From a bacterium MnTg04 (lineage in GTDB: Bacteria; Pseudomonadota; Gammaproteobacteria; Steroidobacterales; MnTg04), in contig BFAU01000082.1 of NCBI GenBank assembly GCA_008975185.1, positions 1 through 31,027 of the forward strand: DNA of 31,027 nucleotides, in the 5' to 3' direction. Each line of letters opens with the position of its first letter. Position 1 is the stretch's first letter. A program made the translations under genes and the position numbers. Below the pieces are notes generated by a model that ran no database searches, was not told the DNA's origin, and saw only the letters and a list, made by a program, of their open reading frames with translations. Below, one piece after another: positions 1 to 6,986 of the stretch.

Positions 1-414
1 AACCGACTCGGATTGCGATGCAACCGTGGCAAAACCGGGCAGACCGGCGAGCAGGTTCTCGGCGATCATCGGCCCGTAGAGGACGCCGAATTGTCGCTGG
101 TCGCCAAAAACAGCCTGCATGATATCCGCGGGCGTATGGCCGTCGGCATCCAGACCCTTGGCAATGGTCAGACAGGGCACATCATGCGGCGCCGCTTGAT
201 GGACCCTTTCAGCAATTTCCCGATGTGGACTGGTGGGGATGGCAAACAGAATCAGATCGCATCCTGGCTCAAACATTTCCTCGAGAGGGATATTTTCCGC
301 CCCGGTATCCAGGTTTTTTTCCCAGATCGATATGCGGTGTCCTGGCACCAGCGCAGACTCGAGCGCGCGGCCGATTTCACCGTGACCCAGCATGACGATT
401 TCACGTTGGCCCAT
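1..414 (-). CDS. NAD(P)H-dependent glycerol-3-phosphate dehydrogenase-like protein (GpsA family), N-terminal part; runs off the window edge
   Basis: Not in the ORF track; translated by hand from ATG at 414 (GAGGA RBS upstream): MGQREIVMLGHGEIGRAL (Rossmann GxGxxG), GHRISIW, DLILFAIPT, LTIAKGL, VLYGPMIAENLLAGLP. These match GpsA motifs in order. No stop codon down to base 1. Confidence 0.8.
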   Translation of the reverse strand, partial: MGQREIVMLGHGEIGRALESALVPGHRISIWEKNLDTGAENIPLEEMFEPGCDLILFAIPTSPHREIAERVHQAAPHDVPCLTIAKGLDADGHTPADIMQAVFGDQRQFGVLYGPMIAENLLAGLPGFATVASQSESV

Positions 415-509
415 AGCTTTTTCCTCTACCGACGTTCCGGGAGGTCAATAGTAATCGTTGAAGGTGCCGAACAGGAAGTCCGGCAAATTGCCGCGGGTAT
501 CGATATCTA

Positions 510-2357
510 TCAGGCGCGTCTGGATTTGCTCGCGGGTTTGAGCGATGCGACCAGCGATTCCAACTCATCGCCAAGCGGCCGGGGCCTGGCGATGCCAAAT
601 CCCTGCACGTAATCGACGCCGATTTTCTTCAGATGCGCTTTTACGGAACTGTTTTTCACGTATTCGGCGATGGTCTGCAGGCCCATCGCATGGCTCATCC
701 GGGTAATGGCTTCGACGATCGCACTGGAAGCCTCGTCATCGAGAATTTCCGTGATGAACTGGCCATCGATTTTCAGGAAATCGATGGGTAGTGTCTTGAG
801 GTATGAAAAGGAACTCAGGCCGGCGCCGAAATCATCGAGTGAAAAATGACAGCCGATCTTTCTCAGCGCAATCATGAATTCTGCAGCGCGATTCATATCG
901 AGGATTGCCGCTGTTTCGGTTATCTCAAAGCAAATCGCTTGCGGGGGAATATCGGCCCGCACGAATTCGCCGGTGACGAAATCCAGGAAACCGCTGTCGC
1001 AAAGCGACTGACCGGACAAGTTGATCGCGAACAGGCTTTTCGATTCGGTGAGTACTGTGCGATGTTTGCCAAGCAGATCCAGGGTCTGCCGGATCACCCA
1101 ACGATCGATCGCGGGCATCAGCCGGCTATGCTCGGCGTGCGACAGGAATTCGCTGGGTGAAATCGGCTTGCCGTCGTGGTCTATGCCGCGCAGCAGGATT
1201 TCAAAATGCGGACTCTTCCCGCGCCCTTTTAACGGCTCGATGCGCTGGCAGTAAAGATAGAAATTATCATCGCGCAACGCCTGTTGGATTCCCTCGATGC
1301 CCTGCATGCGTTCCAGGCTGTTCAACAGCATGGCATCGTGATGCTGGTACAGCGCGACCCGGTCGCGGCCACGATCCTTGGCGACGATGCAGGCGATTTT
1401 TGCCGCCGCCAGGGCGCTTTCGACGGTGTCCGAATCCGCGGCCAGCCGCGCCACGCCAATACTGACCGTTAGCTTGATGGGACGGTCTTCCCAGACGATG
1501 CTCATATCGCCGATGGCTCGCCGAATATCCTGGCCGATGCACCACCCCTGATCCAGAGAGCAATCGCCGATCAGGATGCCGTATTCGTCGTCGCCGATTC
1601 GTGCTATCGGTCCTATCTCGTCAAGGTCTGCGGACAACAGCAATGCGACCTGCCGGATCGCTTCGTCGCAGGCCTGGTGGCCGAGCGATTCCGATATGAT
1701 ATGCATTTCGTCGAGATTCAGGTGGAGCAGGCAATGGCTCGCCGACTTGCCGTTCTTGCCGGACACCGCTCTTTCGAGACGGTATTCAAACTCCATGCGG
1801 TTGATCAGACCCGTCAGATTGTCAAAACGAGCCTGAATGATTCGGGCGATATTGGCGGCGATGGCCTGCAGAAGAGTTTGTTCGCGTTTGCCGAAATCCG
1901 CCGATTCGGGGCCATTGGCGACAAACAGTATGCCCTCGACCTTGCTGCCGGCGACCAGGATCGGGGCGGCCAGGCTCTTGCACGAACCACCCGGCAGGAT
2001 TTCTTTGCGCCTGGCGGAAGAACGGTCGCTGACCACCACGTTTTTGTTCGCCACCTGCAGCCAGGTATCGAGATCCCTTTCCAGTTCACGGATGACCTTG
2101 GCCGCGTTATCCAGTGAATGCGTGCTGCTGTCGCGGCGGATGTTGATGCCTTTGTCGCGCAAAATAACAATGGCCAGCGAGACATCGAGATGGTCTACGC
2201 AGCGCTCGACTAACTCTTTCAACGCATTTTGCACGCCGCGGATCTGCAGGATCTGCTCGTTGCTGTGACAAATCAGATCCAGTTCCTGGTAGCGTTTGGC
2301 CAGTTGCACCTTTTTCCGTGCGCCCGGCTTTTTGCTGTCCGGCATCCCGCGTGCCAT
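510..2357 (-). CDS. GAF + degenerate GGDEF + EAL protein, probable c-di-GMP phosphodiesterase
   Basis: GAF-like segment (LAAPILV..GILFVAN); FDNLTGLINR start of the GGDEF domain with RIGDDEY at the active site; EAL domain with EILLR, FAINLS, FEITE, LDDFGAG, LKIDG, IAEYV, YVQGF. Confidence 0.9.
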   Translation of the reverse strand: MARGMPDSKKPGARKKVQLAKRYQELDLICHSNEQILQIRGVQNALKELVERCVDHLDVSLAIVILRDKGINIRRDSSTHSLDNAAKVIRELERDLDTWLQVANKNVVVSDRSSARRKEILPGGSCKSLAAPILVAGSKVEGILFVANGPESADFGKREQTLLQAIAANIARIIQARFDNLTGLINRMEFEYRLERAVSGKNGKSASHCLLHLNLDEMHIISESLGHQACDEAIRQVALLLSADLDEIGPIARIGDDEYGILIGDCSLDQGWCIGQDIRRAIGDMSIVWEDRPIKLTVSIGVARLAADSDTVESALAAAKIACIVAKDRGRDRVALYQHHDAMLLNSLERMQGIEGIQQALRDDNFYLYCQRIEPLKGRGKSPHFEILLRGIDHDGKPISPSEFLSHAEHSRLMPAIDRWVIRQTLDLLGKHRTVLTESKSLFAINLSGQSLCDSGFLDFVTGEFVRADIPPQAICFEITETAAILDMNRAAEFMIALRKIGCHFSLDDFGAGLSSFSYLKTLPIDFLKIDGQFITEILDDEASSAIVEAITRMSHAMGLQTIAEYVKNSSVKAHLKKIGVDYVQGFGIARPRPLGDELESLVASLKPASKSRRA

Positions 2358-2622
2358 GCCCGTGTCCTGGCGCCATGTCGAGGCGCAATTGTATAAATTT
2401 CAATGAGTTCCCATTGAAAGGTTATATTCAATCAGAATACTCTCGCACCGCACGGCCGGGACTTCCGTGACCGGCGTCACGGCATGCAAAGTGGTCTCAA
2501 ATCGTCCAAAGGCGTAGGGTTGTACCTAGCAAAGGGCGGGGGAACCCACTGATGTCCATTTTTCGATGCCTATTTACACACCACAGTGGGTATCGGCCGC
2601 AGGAGGTTGAACAGGCGGTAGT

Positions 2623-2654
2623 TTGCCCATTTGTGTATATGATGGTAATATACA
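2623..2654 (+). promoter_or_regulatory. Putative sigma70 promoter of brnTA with an overlapping palindromic operator
   Basis: TTGCCC (2623-2628), 17 nt, TAATAT (2646-2651); inverted repeat TGTATAT-N7-ATATACA (2634-2654) covers the spacer and -10. Confidence 0.6.
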
Positions 2655-2657
2655 AAT

Positions 2658-2957
2658 ATGATTGCCTTGACGAAGATCACGGGCTTTGACTGGGATGAGG
2701 GAAATACTCGAAAGAACGAGAAACATGGTGTCTCTATGGCGGAGGCGGAGCAGGTTTTTTTCAACGCTCCATTATTGTTGCTCGAGGATGCGAAACATAG
2801 CAGCCGGGAGCCGCGCTTCCACGCTTTGGGGCAAGCAGATGACAGGCGTCTGTTGCATCTTACTTTCACCCTGCGCCACGCGGGAGAAAAAATTCGAGTG
2901 ATCTCGGCCAGGGATATGCATCGGAAGGAGCGAGCAATTTATGAAAAAGCGACCTAA
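2658..2957 (+). CDS. brnT: BrnT family toxin (type II TA ribonuclease)
   Basis: GFDWDEGNTRKNEKHGVSMAEAEQVF...H...E.RF..LG......LLHLTFTLR....IRVISAR is the BrnT family signature; overlaps the downstream antitoxin. Confidence 0.9.
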   Translation: MIALTKITGFDWDEGNTRKNEKHGVSMAEAEQVFFNAPLLLLEDAKHSSREPRFHALGQADDRRLLHLTFTLRHAGEKIRVISARDMHRKERAIYEKAT

Positions 2958-3207
2958 AGCGGTTCCGGAATTCGCCAACGAGGGCGACGAGCGGCGTTTC
3001 TGGGAACAGTACGATTCCTCGGACTACCTCGACTGGACTCAGGCGCAGCAAGTCGTCATGCCCAGGCTAAAGCCGACGACGAAGACGATTTCTCTGCGTC
3101 TCCCTCAGCATCTTCTGGACTCCATCAAGATTGCGGCCAATGCTCGCGACGTGCCCTATCAATCGCTGATCAAGGTGTGGCTGCAGGAGAAACTGCGTAA
3201 GCACTGA
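2941..3207 (+). CDS. brnA: BrnA/CopG-like ribbon-helix-helix antitoxin
   Basis: E..FW..YDSSDYLDW N-terminus plus C-terminal RHH (TISLRLPQHLLDSIKIAANARDVPYQSLIKVWL); 17-nt overlap with brnT; AAGGAG RBS. Confidence 0.85.
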   Translation: MKKRPKAVPEFANEGDERRFWEQYDSSDYLDWTQAQQVVMPRLKPTTKTISLRLPQHLLDSIKIAANARDVPYQSLIKVWLQEKLRKH

Positions 3208-3234
3208 CAATCTCCGGCGGGACACATCATTGTC

Positions 3235-3266
3235 AAAAAAAAGCCCGCCACAAAGGCGAGCTTTTT
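3235..3266. terminator. Bidirectional intrinsic terminator between brnA and ssrA
   Basis: A8-GCCCGCC-ACAAA-GGCGAGC-T5. The stem is fully paired (one G-U) on the minus strand with a U8 tail, directly after the tmRNA CCA end. Confidence 0.85.
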
Positions 3267-3269
3267 AAT

Positions 3270-3625
3270 TGGTGGAGGCGGCGGGAATCGAACCCGCGTC
3301 CGCAAGCACTCTGCTCAGGGATCTACATGCTTATCCAGTCTATTGATCTTATCATCGGCTACCCGACGGGCAGGGAAAACCAACAACCAGTTCAGAACTT
3401 GTTAACGCTGAAACCCTGAACAAATTCCAGTCGCGATCTTGTGTAAGGTTACGCCCGAAACATATCCACAAGAAAATATTGCCTCGGACGCTAGCGGGAC
3501 TTAAGCCGCCAGTGCGTAGTTGTTGTCGTTTGCAACTATACAGTTTGCAGTTGGATTAACGAGGAACCCTGCACCTCGGCATGCACCCGGAGGTTCGCTA
3601 CCCACGTCGAAGCCAGGTCGCCCCC
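3270..3625 (-). ncRNA. ssrA: tmRNA (one-piece), tag peptide ANDNNYALAA
   Basis: 5' GGGGGCG pairs with 3' CGCCUCC-ACCA including the G3-U alanine identity pair; T-arm GGTTCGATTCC; tag frame GCA AAC GAC AAC AAC TAC GCA CTG GCG GCT TAA at 3533-3501; adjacent to smpB. Confidence 0.97.
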
Positions 3626-3690
3626 AGACTGTCCATTCTACACCTTTGCCGTGCCTGAAACGGGGTCTGGCGCGCAAAATTAAAAATCGG

Positions 3691-4170
3691 TTAGCTGTGC
3701 TTCAGGATGCGTTCTTTTTGCCGTTTCCAGTCGCGGTCTTTGTCCGTGGCGCGCTTGTCGTGCTGTTTCTTGCCCTTGGCCAGGCCCAGGTCGAGCTTGG
3801 CGCGGCCTTTTTTCCAGTACAGGCTCAACGGGATCAGCGTATAGCCTTTGCGCTCGACCGAACCGATCAGGCGGTCGAGTTCGCGGCGGTGGAGCAGCAA
3901 TTTCCGGGTCCGGGTCGGGTCGGTCTTGACGTGGGTCGATGCGGAACTCAACGGGGAAAAGTGCGCGCCGAGCAACCACGCCTCGGCATCTTTGATGACC
4001 ACGTAGCTTTCCTTGAGCTGGGCACGGCCGGCCCTGAGGCTTTTCGCCTCCCAGCCCTGTAGCGCCAGCCCGGCCTCGAGGTTCTCCTCGATGAAGAAAT
4101 CGTGCCGCGCCTTGCGGTTGGTCACAATGACGTTCGAGGCCGTACCTCGCTTTTTTTTCCTTGCTGCCAT
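3691..4170 (-). CDS. smpB: SsrA-binding protein
   Basis: [51 protein letters not shown] motifs; next to ssrA. Confidence 0.97.
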   Translation of the reverse strand: MAARKKKRGTASNVIVTNRKARHDFFIEENLEAGLALQGWEAKSLRAGRAQLKESYVVIKDAEAWLLGAHFSPLSSASTHVKTDPTRTRKLLLHRRELDRLIGSVERKGYTLIPLSLYWKKGRAKLDLGLAKGKKQHDKRATDKDRDWKRQKERILKHS

Positions 4171-4265
4171 GGTTTCGGAGTCCTGTTCGCGCGCATTCTA
4201 CCGGGGAGTGGCCGGAAAATGTTGCTTTGCATGCATTTTGTCGTCGTGACAAAACAGGCGCCGAG

Positions 4266-4294
4266 TTGTCTGTAGATCGAATTTCATCCAGAAT
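4266..4294 (+). promoter_or_regulatory. Putative sigma70 promoter for the transporter-ratA-rnfH unit
   Basis: TTGTCT (4266-4271), 17 nt, CAGAAT (4289-4294), about 30 nt before the ATG. Confidence 0.45.
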
Positions 4295-4323
4295 CGCGGC
4301 TTTCGCGGTAGGTTGGATAACAT

Positions 4324-5736
4324 ATGAATAATCAAACGACTGCCACCGTAAAACGTCAATCCCTGCAGGGCCAGTGGTCGACGCGCCTGGCCTTTATACT
4401 CGCGGTTACCGGCTCGGCAGTCGGTCTCGGGAATATCTGGAAGTTTCCCTACATCGCCGGTGAAAACGGTGGCGGGGCTTTTGTCCTGATTTACCTGCTC
4501 TGCGTTTTCATGGTCGGTCTGCCGATCATGATGTCCGAGATCCTGATCGGCCGGCGTGGCCGGCGCAACCCGGTCACGACGATGAGGATAGTCGGCGAGG
4601 AGGAGGGCGGCAGCCGCAAATGGGCCCTGGTCGGCATCATGGGCATCATCGCCGGCGTGTTTATTCTTTCTTTTTACAGCGTCATCGCCGGTTGGGCGAT
4701 GTCCTACGTTTTTTCGACGGCTGGCGGTTCCTTTGTCGATGCCGATGCAAGCCAGGTCAAGTCGATATTCGACCAACTGTCGGGTAACTGGAAACTCTCG
4801 GCTTTCTGGCACACCATTTTTGTCGTTATTACGGTAGCTGTCGTGGCGCAGGGGGTGCAAAGAGGCCTGGAGCGGCTGGTGAAAATCCTGATGCCGGCCT
4901 TGCTGGTGTTGCTGCTGGTGTTGCTGGTGTTCAGCATGAATTCCGGCTATTTCGGACAAGCGGTCGAGTTCATGTTCCGGCCGAATTTCAGTGCGCTGAC
5001 GCCTTCTGGTGTGCTGGTTGCACTGGGACATGCCTTCTTCACGCTGAGCCTGGGTATGGGCGCCGTGATGGCCTACGGCGCTTATTTGCCGGAAGGAACA
5101 TCGATCGCCAGTACCTCGGTGATCGTGGTGCTGGCAGACACGGGGATCGCCTTGCTGGCGGGCCTGATTATTTTTCCGGTGGTTTTCGCCAACGGCCTCG
5201 AGTCGGATGCCGGGCCCGGGCTGATCTTCCAGACCCTCCCGTTGGCTTTTGGGCAGATGCCAGGCGGCGTGTTTTTCGGAACCCTGTTTTTTGTGTTGCT
5301 GAGTTTCGCCGCGTGGACCTCATCGATCGGCATGATCGAGCCGGCAGTCGCCTGGATGTCGGAGAGCAAAGGCATCAAAAGAGGCGTAGCTGCCGGCATC
5401 CTCGGCGCATTTACCTGGGTGATCGGTTTTGGCACGGTGTTTTCGTGGAACCTGTGGCAAGACAAGACCTTCTTTCAAGGGACTTTTTTCGACAACATCG
5501 ATTACCTGATCAGCAATGTTGCGCTGCCGCTCGGTGGCTTGATGATCACGATATTCGCCGGCTGGGTGATGTGCCGGAATTCGACCAGCGATGAACTGAA
5601 CTGCGGCACCGGACAAATGTACAAGACCTGGCGCTTCCTGGCACGCTATGTCGCGCCGGTTGCGGTGATCCTGGTGTTGATCGAAGCATCGAGCGGCGGC
5701 ATGGTTTCGGACTTCCTGTCAAAGATCGGAGATTAG
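4324..5736 (+). CDS. Sodium-dependent transporter, NSS/SNF family (LeuT/MhsT-like); substrate unknown, probably an amino acid
   Basis: W.TRLAFILAVTGSAVGLGNIWKFPY..GENGGGAF, AFFTLSLGMG, DAGPGLIF.TLP; many hydrophobic segments. Confidence 0.92.
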   Translation: MNNQTTATVKRQSLQGQWSTRLAFILAVTGSAVGLGNIWKFPYIAGENGGGAFVLIYLLCVFMVGLPIMMSEILIGRRGRRNPVTTMRIVGEEEGGSRKWALVGIMGIIAGVFILSFYSVIAGWAMSYVFSTAGGSFVDADASQVKSIFDQLSGNWKLSAFWHTIFVVITVAVVAQGVQRGLERLVKILMPALLVLLLVLLVFSMNSGYFGQAVEFMFRPNFSALTPSGVLVALGHAFFTLSLGMGAVMAYGAYLPEGTSIASTSVIVVLADTGIALLAGLIIFPVVFANGLESDAGPGLIFQTLPLAFGQMPGGVFFGTLFFVLLSFAAWTSSIGMIEPAVAWMSESKGIKRGVAAGILGAFTWVIGFGTVFSWNLWQDKTFFQGTFFDNIDYLISNVALPLGGLMITIFAGWVMCRNSTSDELNCGTGQMYKTWRFLARYVAPVAVILVLIEASSGGMVSDFLSKIGD

Positions 5737-5743
5737 TCACGGC

Positions 5744-6175
5744 GTGAAACGAATCCGCCGAAGCGCGCTGGTGCCGTTTAGCGCCCGGCAAATGTTCTCG
5801 TTGGTGGACGATGTCCCGCGGTACCCGGAATTTTTGCCGTGGTGCAGCGATTCCGAAGTTCTGACCCGCGAGCCCGGCCGGGTGCTGGCCAGGCTGGAAG
5901 TCAGCAAGGGTACGTTTCGCAAGAGTTTTACCACCACCAACCGGATGGAACCTTACTCGGGTATTTACATGGCGCTGGAAGAAGGGCCGTTCAGCATGTT
6001 CGAAGGGAACTGGACCTTCGCGGAACTGCGCGACGATGGCTGCAAGGTCGAACTGGATCTCCAGTTTGAGTTTGCCAGCCTGCTGATGTCGATGATTCTG
6101 AGCCCGTTATTTGAAGATATCGGCAATACCCTGGTTGACGCTTTTTCAAGACGGGCTGAGTCCGTCTATGCCTGA
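5744..6175 (+). CDS. ratA: RatA/PasT START-domain protein (Coq10 homologue)
   Basis: RSALVPFSARQMFSLVDDVPRYPEFLPWC, FTT.N, GPFSMFEGNWTF, CKVELDLQFEF; GTG start; usual position before rnfH. Confidence 0.92.
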   Translation: MKRIRRSALVPFSARQMFSLVDDVPRYPEFLPWCSDSEVLTREPGRVLARLEVSKGTFRKSFTTTNRMEPYSGIYMALEEGPFSMFEGNWTFAELRDDGCKVELDLQFEFASLLMSMILSPLFEDIGNTLVDAFSRRAESVYA

Positions 6176-6488
6176 AACGGGGTACATCGATATCGAAGTC
6201 GCCTACGCGACGCCGGACAAGCAATTGCTCCTGTCCGTCAGGGTACCCGCCGGCGCCACCATCGCAGAGGCCATCGCGCTGTCCGGGATAGCGCAAAAAT
6301 TCCCGGGGATCGATCCTGCCAAACTGGTCGTGGGGATATTCGGCAAACGGGCGAAGCTGGATCACCGGCTCGCCAACGGTGAGCGCATCGAGATTTACCG
6401 ACCGTTAAAAGCGGACCCGCGGGAAATTCGCCGGCAATTGGCCGCGCAGGGTAAAACCATGGGCAAGACCAGGAAAACCGATCAGTAG
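6168..6488 (+). CDS. ratB: RnfH-family ubiquitin-like protein (RatB/PasI/YfjF)
   Basis: IEVAYATPDKQ, VGIFGK, GERIEIYRPLKADPREIRR. Start moved to the ATG at 6168 overlapping the ratA end. Confidence 0.9.
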   Translation: MPETGYIDIEVAYATPDKQLLLSVRVPAGATIAEAIALSGIAQKFPGIDPAKLVVGIFGKRAKLDHRLANGERIEIYRPLKADPREIRRQLAAQGKTMGKTRKTDQ

Positions 6489-6877
6489 CCGGATGCTTCC
6501 CCGGCCGGCGCTTCCTCCGTCGGAGGTTCGCCGGCAATCCTGTCAAGACGGCTTACCTCGTCGCCATCGAAGAAAACCACAAAATGCTGGGTGGTTTTTT
6601 CGCGGGTTTTCCCCGCCTTGAAATAGTAGTAGTAATCCCAGCGGTCCTTGTCGAACGGGTTGCTGACCAGCGGCGTTCCCAGTAAAAATCGGACTTGCAG
6701 GCGGGTCATGCCGACTTCGACCTGCTCTATGAGATCCGCATCGAGCAAATTGCCCTGCTGAATGTTGATGCGATAGACGCAGCCGCCGGTCAAGGCGGCA
6801 GCGACGAGTATCGCCGCACCCAGGCTCAATCGGCGTACAACCGGGCTATGATTATTTTGGTTTTTTTGCGAATTCAT
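6482..6877 (-). CDS. bamE: Outer membrane protein assembly factor BamE (SmpA/OmlA lipoprotein)
   Basis: Lipobox LTGGC, IQQGN, GMTRLQVRFLLGTP, RWDYYY; divergent from fur. Start set to the ATG at 6877. Confidence 0.92.
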   Translation of the reverse strand: MNSQKNQNNHSPVVRRLSLGAAILVAAALTGGCVYRINIQQGNLLDADLIEQVEVGMTRLQVRFLLGTPLVSNPFDKDRWDYYYYFKAGKTREKTTQHFVVFFDGDEVSRLDRIAGEPPTEEAPAGEASGY

Positions 6878-6986
6878 GTGCGGGCCGGTTCGTGATTGAC
6901 GTACAATTTTGGTTGGCGGCAGCCTGCCGCAAGCCGGCAGGCGTGGCATCATAGCGTATCAGACAGGCTTGCAGGCGGGAAATTCG

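Noticed and set aside
13-612. 199-aa plus-strand ORF
   Set aside because: Antisense shadow of the GpsA-like gene and the EAL gene end; no recognisable motifs.
2380-2600. c-di-GMP riboswitch upstream of the EAL gene
   Set aside because: I could not find the GEMM-type two-stem GNRA/receptor architecture on the minus strand.
2601-2607. Perfect Shine-Dalgarno AGGAGGT
   Set aside because: 50 nt from the brnT ATG, upstream of the predicted promoter, and not followed by a properly spaced start codon.
2524-2612. Integron attC site upstream of brnT (GTTGAAC fits GTTRRRY)
   Set aside because: No complementary RYYYAAC partner, no attC after brnA, and no integron integrase.
2535-2632. Possible att remnant: GGCGGGGGAACCC resembling the ssrA 3' end, plus TGTCCATTT/TGCCCATTT direct repeats resembling integrase arm sites
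   Set aside because: The match to ssrA is short and gapped, the native terminator is still attached to ssrA, and no integrase is present.
3520-4062. 180-aa and 190-aa ORFs overlapping ssrA/smpB
   Set aside because: Antisense or alternative-frame shadows of tmRNA and smpB.
5744-6488. ratA-ratB as a toxin-antitoxin module
   Set aside because: Core, syntenic genes; established evidence points to a Coq10-like respiratory role.
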